The notes: generated from the sequence alone by a model not told the origin. A stretch of 64,000 nt of DNA from Octopus vulgaris (GCA_951406725.2 OX597820.1:113646001-113710000), one strand, 5' to 3'. Positions 43,865 through 57,306 are shown, numbered from the stretch's first letter. Program-made: numbers and translations.

Positions 43865-44258
43865 AATGAGGTAATCAAATCAGATGGTTCATATTTGTAG
43901 ATATTTATTTATATATTACATTTTTTACATATATATCATATCATATCATTCGGATTAGCGCTTTCTCCCATTCTAGTGGGCTTTTCAAATCAAATCAGTT
44001 GTGGGGAGTTTGAACATTTTATAGTTTCGTAGTAGTGGGTGAGAAGGAAGTGAGACAGAGAAAACATGTGTGTATGTGTATATGTGTGTGTGTGTGTATA
44101 TGTGTGTGTGCGTGTGTGTGTGTGTGTGTGCGCGCGTTTATATCTGAGAGTGAAGAAGTGTTATTTCCGTTGGTCTGCTGGACCTCCTGTGGTTTTATAA
44201 GAACTTTGGCCGTCCATTTTGATGTCACTGAGTGTGTGTTGTGCGTAGGTTGGCCTGG

Positions 44259-44303
<45 letters not shown>

Positions 44304-44698
44304 GTGTGTGTGCGTGTGTGCATACCGAGAGTCTTCCTAGAGCATAATGTGGTGAAAATACAATATTTTTAGTTCTATGTGAACATTTTCCTTTGCTGAA
44401 GACACGGAGGTCAAATGGAAATCTTCGGCAAGCGAGCAAATTAAGATAAAAGACAAAACAACATTAACACGAGAACAAAATATCGAACATTAACACAAAG
44501 GTTTTGAAACAAAAGAGAATAAACTGACAAACAGAAGAATGCGAAATGCAAGGTTCTAATAACACGTATTTGAACACAATATAATTGTATACAAAACCAT
44601 GTGACATATAAAATAGTTACATAACATGAAGTGATGTCATATTTAGCGTGAAAAGCATAATGTCACAGTTATATAATCACTATTATGTAATAAGTACA

Positions 44699-44732
<34 letters not shown>

Positions 44733-44767
44733 GAACAAAGCTTCATATAATAGAAGTAGACACTATT

Positions 44768-44978
44768 ACTCTTTTACTCTTTTACTTGTTTCAGTCATTT
44801 GACTGCGGCCATGCTGGAGCACCGCCTTTAATCGAGCAAATCGACCCCAGAGCTTATTCTTTTGTAAGCCCAGTACTTATTCTATCGGTCTCTTTTGCCG
44901 AACCGCTAAGTAACGGGGACGTAAACACACCAGCATCAGTTGTCAAGCAATGCTAGGGGGACAAACACAGACACACAA

Positions 44979-45015
<37 letters not shown>

Positions 45016-45188
45016 CATATATACGACAGGCTTCTTTCAGTTTCCGTCTAACAAATCCACTCACAAGGTTTCGGTCGGCCCGAGGCTATAGCAGAAGACA
45101 CTTGCCCAAGATGCCACACAGTGGGACTGAACCCGGAACCATGTGGTTGGTTAGCAAGCTACTTACCACACAGCCACTCCTGTGCCTA
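44768..45188 (-). mobile_element. SINE family B, full length
   Basis: tRNA-like head, cttgggcaagtg CORE-like motif, internal (TA)/(TG) tract, (agagtaaa)n tail. Confidence 0.92.
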
Positions 45189-47174
45189 TAGTGTAATAAT
45201 ACAGATTGCAACAGAAATAACCTCAGATTTATCCTTCATAATAAACGTTTCAATGGTGAACGTACACTGTGCATTGATTTAAGACATGACTATAACTGGA
45301 AAAATAGTAAAACATTAGCTATAGGACGATACTGTTATCATTTGTCTAACATCACTAGCGCCTCACCAATAGCCGCGTAGAATATAGGAGATTTTTCTGT
45401 CTTACCCTGTATAAACAATGATAAGATGTAGACAAGTCCAAAATATGAAATAAGTGGAATTGTGTGGTCATAGACAAATACTACGTTGCCTGCAAACAGG
45501 TGAAGGTTAACGACAGGAAGGGCACCCGACGTAGAAAATCTGTCTCGGCTAATTCTGTCTGACCCATGCATGCATGGAAAAGAGGACATTAAAAGTGTGT
45601 GCGCGCGCGCATATAAACACATATATATAAATATATGTATGTATATAGTTGTATATGCCATGTATATGCATGAAACGCAATGGTCGTAATTTAGAAAGAA
45701 AATAGCAGTTTGGAAGGATGAAATAAACGTAATAATTTATTGACGCTAAATGACCCCCTCCTCTTGATTCTTGGTTAACCTTCATCATGTACACCCCAAG
45801 ACAACTAGGTGGCCTCTGCATGATCGCTCAGCCTGCTAGAAATAATAACCAAATTGTCATCAAATCACATTTTACCAGCCTACAAAATAAAACGCAAGTA
45901 AACAGATAACAAAGTTCTAGACACATATTAAATGATGAGATTGTCATGGCTGGAATGCTTTCTGATCAGGAGTCTCGATCAGTGAGGACGTGGGCTAGAT
46001 AACAACTACAACAACAATATTTAAACTATAAATATTATTCCACTCTACAGTTAACTCAAAGCCTTTATGTAGTCACTCTGCTTGCTAGAAGTACCAGCCA
46101 AATCTCAAATTATACTCTACAGCCTTGAAAAGGAGGGTTACACTGAATAAGCAATGCCCGGGGAAAAGACAAAGCGGTCATTGTTAAAACAACTTTTATG
46201 ATTGGTCTGTTTAATCTTAATTTCCTTGGGTCTAAACATCAACATTACCGTCATCATTAGAAACAGCCTCTAAATACTGCGCAGTCTGTGCGCTGGAGTT
46301 CAACCTTCTAAAAATTGACATTTGCATTCACAAACAATCAGCTCACCCTACTTCTCGCTTTGCTTTCACTTGAAGGTTATCAACAAAGATTGCTTTCTTT
46401 CCCAAACAATCACCCCCAAACAAATCCCATAACCCACCTTTAAGATGAAGGATTAGTGCGGAAAGAAGCGTAAATAAAAGATGCTAATAAAACAATTGAC
46501 AAAAAATTTAAATGAAACACAATAAACTAATGAAAGGAGAATTGATAAAAGAACTGATGGCGATAAAATACAGTAAATGACAGAACAATAGAGGAGGTAA
46601 TTAAAGGAAATAATATAAAATAGTACAAAAAGAAACTATAAAAATATTGAACTGGAGGAAACCAGGGTAAGGAGTTTTCTCCACAATTCAGCTGTTCTTA
46701 GGATAAGTTTTCTGCACATAACTTGCGGCGTGTTGCGAAATATTCATGAAGTTTTTCAACAACAGAGTTTTATATTTCGTTTTTGGATTTGGTTTGCAAG
46801 ATTCTTTATATGAGTTCGTGTGTTGAAGCACATTTTATTGTGTCTAGGGAGAGTCATTTTCTTTTTGTGCCTTAAAATGACTCTCCCCAGACACAACAGA
46901 GTTTTACATGTATAATCTCCATGTCTGAAAAGTCTGCTGCTCTTTTTACCACACTCAAAACTCTTCGAACCGCAAAAGAGTTGTTGCTTAGCAACCTCTA
47001 GTTTTCATTGGTGGCATAGAAGCCGAGCCAATGAAGCAGCCTCTGGTTGATTGCACACCTTAGTCAAAGTAACTCCTCAATCTCCACACACTCACACACA
47101 TACATACATACATACATACATACATACATACATACATACATACATACATACATACATACATACATACATACATA

Positions 47175-47580
47175 GGCGCAGGAGTGGCTGTGTGGTAAGT
47201 AGCTTGCTAACCAACCACATGGTTCCGGGTTCAGTCCCACTGCGTGGCATCTTGGGCAAGTGTCTTCTGCTTTAGCCCCGGGCCGACCAATGCCTTGTGA
47301 GTGGATTTGGTAGACGGAAACTGAAAGAAGCCTGTCGTATATATATATGTGTGTATGTGTGTGTGTTTGTGTGTTTGTGTTTGTCCCCCTAGCATTGCTT
47401 GACAACCGATGCTGGTGTGTTTACATCCCCGTCACTTAGCGGTTCGGCAAAAGAGACCGATAGAATAAGTACTGGGCTTACAAAGAATAAGTCCCGGGGT
47501 CGATTTGCTCGACTAAAGGCGGTGCTCCAGCATGGCCGCAGTCAAATGACTGAAACAAATAAAAGAGTAAAAGAGTAAGA
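47175..47580 (+). mobile_element. SINE family B, full length
   Basis: ggcgcaggagtggctgtgtggtaag (A box) ... gggttcagtccc (B box) ... aaaagagtaaaagagt tail; inserted in (TACA)n. Confidence 0.93.
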
Positions 47581-47857
47581 GTATACGTACGTACGTACGT
47601 ACATGCATACATACATACATACATACATACATACATACATACATACATACATACATACATACATACATACATACATACATACATACATACATTATCCAGT
47701 GCCTCTCTTATTTTATGCTTTGATAATTGTTTTCTTGACGAAGCCATTCTCGAAACATGCAGGTCATGTTGTAAGGAAACGATGAATTAAACCTACCTAC
47801 TCTATGTTTAGCACTCAGCTCTTCTTAAATTGTAAATTACTTGAATCGGAATGTGTA

Positions 47858-47906
<49 letters not shown>

Positions 47907-48589
47907 GGGGGAGAGGTTGTGTGTGTGTGTGATATGTATACGTACACACTTGCATATATGTGAGCGTATTCTAAACTGCTACAAGCTGCCATAAAATATT
48001 GTTTTTAGATAATTTCTCTATACAATGGGAAGGTAAGAAGTTGTAATTAAGTATACTTAATTAGCGGTTTTGTTAGTGATCCTCGACGGCAGCTGTCACG
48101 TGACAGCCTCGTTGTGAAATACGATATGCGACGTTGTATGAAATCTATGGTAAGCGGCAGTGACACAAACAGCTGTTTTCGCACGAAAGGTGCCGCTAAA
48201 ATAACTGTAGCGAATCTGGGGAACAACAAAAGTCTTTGGAACACTGCCAAATATGAAGTCTTTGTTGGCTTAGATAAGCGTTAGATTAAGGTTTCTGTTC
48301 ACATGTGACGTACGCCTCCGTCGTGGGCAGAGGCTGACTGAACACATGTTTTAGTCATATCTTAAACAACATATGCATCAGAGGAAAACAAGTTATATTT
48401 CCTATTTTTACACACGCACAGATTTATGCAGCGCTCACACGCTTACAGATATTATATGTGACGTGTGTATATACATACACATCGGTGTATTTATGTGTGT
48501 GTGTGTGTGTGTGTGTGCATCTGTGTGTACTGGTCTGATCACACTGTTACTCTACTGTGCATGCGCATACGTTTTAACGTCCTAGCTCA

Positions 48590-49090
48590 CTTTCGCTGTT
48601 TACAGCAGGGCTTAGAAGGAAGCTGTGTAGCGTGATCGCCGCAGTGAACATAACGGAGAAAGTTGAGTTTTGCCAAAAGCTTGGCGATACATGTTCAGTT
48701 GCCTACGCAAAGTTTTCAAAAAGTTTTCATTGTTCTCGACACAATCAACGAGATCTTGTGCAACTGAAACCCGAGTGTCTTTTTGGTCCGCTGAAAACAC
48801 TTTTGGCACAAACTTGGCAGACACGTGTCTCATACCCAAATCTTCAGTGATAAAGGACTGAACTGAACCATAACTAATCTTCTTCACATCCTCTGATAAT
48901 TCAGGGATGGGAATTCGACGCTTTCCCCTCACAGCTCTATGCACATCTGCGATGTTTTCTCAGTTCTGCTGGTTGCGGGTCTCACAGAACGTTCGTCGCG
49001 ATCGACATTTTTTCGGCCATCTTGGAGAAGTCTGAAACACTCGTACCCTTGTGTGCGGCTCATACACTCCTCCTCATACACTTTCGTTTT
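48590..49090 (-). mobile_element. Mariner transposase N-terminal remnant, internally rearranged
   Basis: Minus strand KVYEEECMSRTQGYECF ... ISYGSVQSFITEDLGMRHVSAKFVPKVFSADQKDTRV; plus strand VEFCQKLGDTCSVAYAK. Confidence 0.85.
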
Positions 49091-49190
49091 CAGAACATTT
49101 ATATTCACAGCCTTGAATTTATCTCATTCTGTTAATTTATATATATATATATATATATATATACTTTATTTTAAGCAGCAGAAAATTCAA

Positions 49191-49240
49191 CAAAATCTGT
49201 TACTCTGAGTTTCTCGTTGCCGTTCATCAGACAGTTTTTG
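49191..49240 (-). ncRNA. Minimal type I hammerhead ribozyme motif
   Basis: Reverse strand: aaaacugu CUGAUGA acg-gcaa-cga GAAA cucagag UA acagauuuu; GNRA-capped stem II, palindromic stem III. Confidence 0.75.
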
Positions 49241-49430
49241 CTAGAATGGAACATATATATTAATTCAATCTATACTCTTACAAACGCTACACCTTTAAAA
49301 AGAAATGGAGACCTTTTTGTTTATCGCTCGAAGATTGACCGTTTTTTCTAAAGGGCCAATCAAACAAGTCCATTTCTTTTTAAAGGTGTTAGCGTAAGAG
49401 TATATTGAATATATATATGTTCCATTCTAG

Positions 49431-49477
49431 CAAAACTGTCTGATGAACGGCAACGAGAAACTAGAGTACAGATTTTG
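49431..49477 (+). ncRNA. Minimal type I hammerhead ribozyme motif (two 1-nt deletions relative to partner)
   Basis: aaaacugu CUGAUGA acggcaacga GAAA cuagag UA cagauuuug. Confidence 0.6.
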
Positions 49478-49569
49478 TTGAATTTTCTGCTGCTTAAAAT
49501 AAAGCATATTACTCTACCACTGGTATTTGAGTACTCTTTTTTCCACCTTGTTTCACATTTATGTGTTTA

Positions 49570-49636
<67 letters not shown>

Positions 49637-49799
49637 TTTTTACTTATTATATTATATCTAGCATTCATTTTATACTTTTTGAGAAAAAAAAAATATATAT
49701 TATATATTATATTAATTATATATATATTATTTGTTATTTATGTATTGGTTTATGTCTATCACTGTTTGAGTTGCATAATAGTGGTTTTATCTCTAATTC

Positions 49800-49878
<79 letters not shown>

Positions 49879-49885
49879 ATATATA

Positions 49886-50095
49886 CTCTTTTACTCTTTT
49901 ATTTGTTTCAGTCATTTGACTGCGGCCATGCTGGAGCACCGCCTTTAGTCGAACAAATCGACCCCGGGACTTATTCATTGTAAGCCCAGTACTTATTCTA
50001 TCGGTCTCTTTTTGCCGAACCGCTAAGTGACGGGGACGTAAACACACCAGCATCGGTTGTCAAGCAATGCTAGGGGGACAAACACAGACACACAA

Positions 50096-50151
<56 letters not shown>

Positions 50152-50296
50152 CAGGCTTCTTTCAGTTTCCGTCTACCAAATCCACTCACAAGGCATTGGT
50201 CGGCCCGGGGCTATAGCAGAAGACACTTGCCCAAGGTGCCACGCAGTGGGACTGAACCCAGAGCCATGAGGTTGGTTAGCAAGCTACTTACCACAC

Positions 50297-50297
<1 letters not shown>
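49886..50297 (-). mobile_element. SINE family B
   Basis: Near-identical reverse complement of 47175-47580, lacking the extreme 5' end. Confidence 0.9.
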
Positions 50298-50331
<34 letters not shown>

Positions 50332-50404
50332 TTCCTCTCCATCTGCTTGCAAGAACAAATATGTGTATGTATGTATGTATGTATGACTCTGTGTGTGTGT
50401 GTGT

Positions 50405-50436
<32 letters not shown>

Positions 50437-51067
50437 AAAGGCATGTGGTTTAATGATCAGAGTACTCGGCTCACGATCGCAAGGTCGTGTGTTTGATCCC
50501 CGACGGAGCATTGTGTCCCTTGAGTAAGGCACTTTATTTCATGTTGTTCCAGTTCACTCACTTGACAAAAACCAGTTGCACCTGTATTTCAAAAGGCCAA
50601 CCCTATCACATTCTTTGTCACGCTGAATCTCCACTGACAAGTACGTTAAAGGTACGCGTGTCTGAGGAGCACTCAGCCACTTGGACGTTGATTTCCCGGG
50701 CTGGGTTAGGAAAGTAAGAAGACTTTATACGGGTAAAATAGCCACTCTTTCAGCTGTTTTCACGGCTATACAGCGTTCTTCGAAATATTACTTTTTGTCT
50801 GTAAAATATATTTGTGCCTGTGTTTCATTAAACCTAGCTTATATATATATATATATACAACAACAATTAAGGAATGGCCTTAATAGGCCATTCGGCCCAC
50901 TAGAAGAAGCAGCCAGGGCTCAAACCGCTAAGTAGTAGTAATTCAGAAATTAAATGAAAATTTAAAAACATTTACCCTAATTCATCTTTAGACGATGCAT
51001 CGTTTCGGTGTTTTTTTATGGCAAACCAGCTTAATTAAATTAAATACATATGTACATGTATATATAC

Positions 51068-51324
51068 CTTCGAAACGCGTAGTAGACGAAACAGGGACAA
51101 CTGAAGAAGGGGAATATTCCTTGTGTTGTATGTCTTGTTTCTCTGGGGTTTTTTGGGGTTTTTTTGAAAAAAAGTTCGTTTCAATGTTTTTGTTTTTATG
51201 TTTTCGTTTCTCATTGTGTTCAACGTTTTTTTGATGTCCTGTACCCATATATGCATGTATATATACATATATATGTAGGTATGTTCATATATGTATGTAT
51301 ATATGCATATATTTATATATTATT

Positions 51325-51330
<6 letters not shown>
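51068..51330 (+). mobile_element. Interspersed repeat, copy of 12690-12925
   Basis: Long near-identical match in opposite orientation. Confidence 0.85.
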
Positions 51331-51364
<34 letters not shown>

Positions 51365-51529
51365 GTGTGACTTGTATATGTGTAGGTATTCGTAACGCGC
51401 ATGCGTGCGAATGGCAATCTGTTTTTTCTCACCTGGCATACCCACCTCACTATAACTTGCTATTAGGGTATAGATTACATTCTAGGATTTCGGGGTGCAA
51501 AATAGATAAAGTGATTGCAGTTACCAGGG

Positions 51530-51790
51530 GGGATTGATGTTGTTGTTGCTACAGCTGTTGCTCCTGTTGCTGTTGGTTGTGGTGATGATATTGGTTGTGA
51601 TGGGGGTGAGGAATGATGGGACGGCTACAATTTAGAGGTAAATCTCGGGACATATATAGTTAAAGTGGTGTTATGTACAGGGGGAGGTGAGAGGTGGTGA
51701 TGTTAGTGGTAACAGTGGTTGAGCTACAGTCGGATTTAAAGGTAGTTGTGACGGAGGTGGTGATGGCTGTAGTGGTACAAGCAGTGATGA

Positions 51791-51828
<38 letters not shown>

Positions 51829-52279
51829 ATAGTGGTAGCTGTTGTTGTTGTGGTGGTGGTGGTGGTGGTGATTTTTAGTAGTGGTTGTGTTACTGTTGGA
51901 TTTAAAGGTAGTTGTGATGAAAGTAGTAGTACTAATAGGAGTGAAGGAGGTGATGATGGCGGTGGTGGTGGTGATCGTGGTGGCGCAGGGAGCTGCTGTT
52001 GTATTTTAAATGTAAGTGTAATGGTAGCAGGGGTTGTTATGAGAACGGTTGTAGTGATGTTGGTATTGTTAAGGTGGTGGTGGTGGTTGTGGTGGTGGTG
52101 GTTGTGGTGGTGGTGGTGGTGGTGGTGGTGGTCTGGATGTTGCGATAATGGTGCTGCTAGCTGTGATAACGCAAAAGATTTATACTGTGCACGTTGTTTG
52201 TCTGGTATGTAGACGGAAACAGGCGGACAGCCAGACAGACAGTCGGATAACCAGGCATACTGATAGACAGACAGACTGG

Positions 52280-52371
<92 letters not shown>

Positions 52372-52383
52372 TGGATAGATAGG

Positions 52384-52435
<52 letters not shown>

Positions 52436-52444
52436 TAGATAGAC

Positions 52445-52533
<89 letters not shown>

Positions 52534-52781
52534 GAAAAACTGACAGACAAGCAGACTGGCAGATAGCCAGGCATACTGATAGACAGACAGACAGACAGAC
52601 TAATAGATATACAGACTGTCAGGCAGACAGGCAGATAGACAGACACTCAGATTGACAGACAGACAGACCTACCAACAGACAGACAGGCAGGCTAACTAAT
52701 AGACAGACAGACGGACAGGTGTACCAACGGATAGACAGATAGGCGGGGAACTAGACGAATATATACTTCACACGCAGCCAC

Positions 52782-52826
<45 letters not shown>

Positions 52827-52868
52827 CAGCAGCAGTAGTAGTAGTAGTAATAGTAGTAGTAGTAGTAA

Positions 52869-52907
<39 letters not shown>

Positions 52908-52928
52908 CAGCAGCAGTAGTAGTAGTAA

Positions 52929-52961
<33 letters not shown>

Positions 52962-52974
52962 CAGTAGCAGCAGC

Positions 52975-53012
<38 letters not shown>
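51530..53012. repeat. Low-complexity (GGT/AGT/GTT)n, (GATA/GACA)n and (TAG/CAG)n blocks
   Basis: Directly visible. Confidence 0.93.
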
Positions 53013-53015
<3 letters not shown>

Positions 53016-53334
53016 ATTTCGTCAGATTCATACAGGAATTTTACCAACCGATAAAACTTAACCTTCAATACACGCAATTACAAATGCATATGCACAAGCA
53101 TGCATGTGGAGGCACGCATGTTGACGCACATACACATGCATATATGCACGCACACTCACACACACAAGCATGCACATTACACATCAACATAGAGAGAATG
53201 TGCAGATGCAGTGCTAAATTGCACATTCCACTCTTCTGTAATACGATACGTGCATCTCGCATTCTTTTTGCATCTGATGCAGTTGTATTACACTGGCATA
53301 AAATGAGGTGATTTCATACATACACACCTACATA

Positions 53335-53397
<63 letters not shown>

Positions 53398-53450
53398 CAC
53401 GCATGTGTCTGTCTACTATCTATCTATCTATATATATATATATATATATA

Positions 53451-53734
53451 TCACCGTGACCGACCAGGCTATCAGATGTTGCTACACATCGCTGGTCACA
53501 ATGCGCTTCGCATTGTTTTAGCCTTCAAAGGCTAAGCGAGCAGGCCAACAGAAGAAAGAGTGAGAGAAAGTTGCGGCGAAAGAGTACAACAGGGACCGCC
53601 ACCACCCCCTGTCGGAGCCTCGTGGAGCTTTAGGTGTTTTCGCTCAATAAACACTCACAACGCCCGGTCTGGGAATCGAAACCGCGATCCTACGACTTAG
53701 AGTCCACTGCCCTAACCACTAGGCCATTGCGCCT

Positions 53735-53736
<2 letters not shown>
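53451..53736 (-). mobile_element. SINE family C2
   Basis: Reverse complement of the 24063-24362 pattern; tail abuts (TA)n. Confidence 0.9.
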
Positions 53737-53780
<44 letters not shown>

Positions 53781-53977
53781 TTTTATATATAGCTAAAGAT
53801 GACTACAGTTACACAATTTTAATTTTTATGCCGACAATGGTAATCATCAGATGGAGCAAAGAAGCGTTTTAATGAAGTTCTTTTAATAGTTTCCAGTGGT
53901 TAGTATAACACGTAAACATCCGGTTGATTAGCGCAAATACATACATACATACATACATACATACATACATACATACA

Positions 53978-54008
<31 letters not shown>

Positions 54009-54786
54009 CATCAGATAATTCATGTTATATATGTTAAGGGACAAAAGTACTCAATATAAAGAATTCTACTGCATAAAGCACAACTTCTATCGTTTATCTT
54101 TTTACTTGTTTCGGTCATTGGACGACGGCCATGCAAAGGCACCGCCATGAAATTACATTTTTTTCTTTTTTCTTCTTTTTCTTTTTTACTTATTCTATCG
54201 TCCCCTTTTACCACACCGCTAATGTACGGAGGTGCAAACAAACCGATATCTGTGGAGGTGGGACAAACACACACACACACACATGGGGCTTGCTTTCATG
54301 CAGTTCCCCTTTACCAAATCTACTTGCATAGCATTGCTCGCATCGGGGCTATAAAAGACACTTGCCCAAGGTTCTTCACAGTGGAATTGAACGCGAAGCT
54401 GTTTGGTTGTAAAGTGTGCTTCAAATTTTATATTCAGCGTGTTGGTTGTTTTCGTAACAATTTTTCTCGATAATCCACGGAATGCTATGTTTGACCAGTT
54501 AATATATAATGTACTGCGATAAAATATTTTCTAATTTACTTTGAAGTTGCTGATAGCATTGTCCTTCAACTTCCACATGTATGGATACAATTGTGGTAGT
54601 TCTCTTTATTTATGTGGTTAGCAGAGCTCAAAAGAACGATAATGTTGGAAGGTGCCAAAAGTGTTGTGACCTTCAGTTGCCATCTCATAAATACAATGTC
54701 CTGCCGGGAATGCAGACGTTGTGATATAAAAACACATGTATACACGAACACATACACACACATACACACACACACATACACTCACA

Positions 54787-54889
<103 letters not shown>

Positions 54890-54994
54890 TCATATATTGT
54901 TATTTAACGTTACGTCTATAACAGATATCTCAGGGTGAATACCGCAGGAAATTTTGCTTTCCGTGGTATCTGCATTAAGTATGATACTCAGATT

Positions 54995-55035
<41 letters not shown>

Positions 55036-55286
55036 TTCTCTCTCTTCTTATCTCTCTCCTTCTCTCTCTCCCCATACACCCGCGCGCACGCGTACACACA
55101 CACACACCTATATATATTCCGAATTTGTGTAAATGTGTATAGAATGATATATAAGTTGAATAAAGTTAAAACATGGTCTGATTTTCACGTTTTTTTTTTA
55201 TTATTATAGTATTTTTTAAAAAATATAATTTTTTTCACAATGTGTGTTAAACATTAAAAAAATGTTTTGTAATGTTCATAAAGTTC

Positions 55287-55324
55287 AATTAGCGCTTTCA
55301 TACGTTCGTAGTAATCATCAGATT
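55287..55324 (-). ncRNA. Minimal type I hammerhead motif in the PLE 3' terminal region
   Basis: Reverse strand: aau CUGAUGA uuacuacgaacguau GAAA gcgc UA auu; palindromic GCGC stem III; same strand as the PLE ORF; stem I only 3 bp. Confidence 0.7.
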
Positions 55325-55718
55325 TCAAAATGTATTTAACTGACAGTTGAGTTCTTGTCAACTGTAGTAAAATTTCAAATTCAATGTGTTTTCGTAACAA
55401 TTTTTTTTCCTTTTTTGTACCTTTTAAAAGGCTCCAAGAACCCGAAGTTTTGGAATACGTTTTTGAACAATCCACCTGCAGCTTAAATGTCACGGTTTGC
55501 AGGCCGTACGATATTACTGGCAGAGATCCTGCCTTTATTTAAACCAATTAGCATGTAATAGTCTTATGGGTGAGCAAACTTAGTTGGTTTCGATCGTTTT
55601 TATTCCAGTTGGTGGGAGTTTTCTGCAATTTGTTTATATTCATATGTTAAAGATAGTTTTTTAATCCACATCATTAACTGGTTGTTATATTATTATTGCT
55701 ATTTCCGTTCAGAACAGG

Positions 55719-56128
55719 TTTACTCTTTTCTCTTTACTCTTTTACATGTTTCAGTCATTTGACTGCGGCCATGCTGGAGCACCGCCTTTAGTCGAGCAAA
55801 TCGACCCCGGGACTTATTCTTTGTAAGCCCAGTACTTATTCTATCGGTATCTTTTGCCGAACCGCTAAGTGACGGAGACATAAACACACCAGCATCGGTT
55901 GTCAAGCAATGCTAGGGGAACAAACACAAACACACACACATACATATATATATATACATATATACGACAGGCTTCTTTCAGTTTCCGTCTAACAAATCCG
56001 CTCACAAGGCATTGGTCGGCTCGAGGCTATAGCAGAAGACACTTGCCCAAGATGTCACGCAGTGGGACTGAACCCGGAACCATGTGGTTGGTTAGCAAGC
56101 TACTTACCACACAGCCACTCCTGCGCCT
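55719..56128 (-). mobile_element. SINE family B inserted in the PLE ORF end
   Basis: Full-length copy splitting the FIKCSK/KPVLN coding stretch. Confidence 0.92.
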
Positions 56129-57196
56129 TTGAACATTTGATAAATCGTTTTTCTTTTAACTTTCTTCGAACCTTACTTGTGTCTTGCAGTTTGTGGAAAG
56201 GAAAAATTAAAAATATTTTCTGACCACATGTTTCTATATGTTCGCTCAATGGAATTTGGCGGACATTAGTGTTCCGGATTTGTTGCCTGTGGACTCGTGA
56301 GCGTTCCGATAATGCATTCTCTGTTCCTCGCAATTAGGTCATTTAATACAGAAGATCAAATTTCTGCTTTTGCAGTTCATATCTGCATTTGTGAATACCT
56401 GTCCATTTGTTGTTCTAATGGAGCTACCAGTACGCATATATCGACACGTTCCACATCTGTTTTCATTACACTTGGATACTGTGAATGTTTTATCTTGTTT
56501 TTTCATGTTGAATTTTGCCTTTGTTGATAGTTTCTTTAGGTTATGTGGCTGCCTTTTGTTTGATTAGTTATTATGTTTTTTTGTTTTTTTCACTTTGTTT
56601 CATGATTGGCAAATTTATTTTGATGATGTTAAAAATGTTTTGGTGATGCCGTTGTGTTACTAGAAATGGTAGTGTTCCGTTGATGGCGTCGTCTTTCTCG
56701 GGTTGCCCTAAGTTGTTCTCTCTTTTGCTCGTTTTATGCTATTTTCTATAAGTGGGAGACGGTAATTTTGTTTGAGCAGAAATCCTTTGAATTCTGTAAG
56801 TCGTATGTTCCTGGTATTGGAATTATTTACTATAGTACAAATTTTCCTGACTAGACAATACTGGATGTTGCGTTTTGCGTTTGTTGGGCAGCATGATTTG
56901 GAATTTAGGCACTGGTGTGTAGGTGAGCTTCTGTAATAAATATCAGTTGCAACTGTGGTGTTGTTTTTAATTAAATATTTTTTTAATGTTTCACACATTT
57001 CAACATTGTATAAAAATTATATTTTTTAAAATACCATAATAAAAACCGTGAAAACCAGACCATGTTTTAATTTCATTCAACTGATGTATATATATATATA
57101 TATATACATGTATGTGTATATATATATGTATATATATATATATACATGTATGTGTATATATATATGTATATATATATATATACATGTATGTGTATA

Positions 57197-57237
<41 letters not shown>

Positions 57238-57240
57238 GTG

Positions 57241-57301
<61 letters not shown>

Positions 57302-57306
57302 GTATA

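Larger units (their letters stand above)
49161..49572. mobile_element. Fold-back element with two outward-facing hammerhead motifs and a one-sided tail
   Basis: Inverted arms about 49161-49309 and 49369-49507 with small indels; (TA)n on both sides. Confidence 0.88.
55150..57082 (-). mobile_element. 5'-truncated Penelope-like element with inverted terminal repeat, interrupted by a SINE
   Basis: TDIYYRSSPTHQCLNSKSCCPTNAKRNIQYCLVRKICTIV (RT C-terminus); GTENALSERSRVHRQQI...LSEHIETC...EKRFIKCSK continuing KPVLN after the SINE (GIY-YIG C-terminus); 55150-55268 inverted to 56973-57082. Confidence 0.85.

Noticed and set aside
44393-44431. CUGAAGA...GAAA...UC motif
   Set aside because: Better explained as a simple hairpin (ttgctgaaga/tcttcggcaa); stems I and II are out of register.
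51068-51112. GAAAcgcgUA...CUGAAGA as a type II hammerhead
   Set aside because: Stem I does not pair next to the core, and the second copy at 12.9 kb lacks both GAAA and the UA site.
51660-52646. 328-aa Thr/His/Pro-rich mucin-like ORF
   Set aside because: Built from (GATA)n and (GGT/AGT)n low-complexity DNA.
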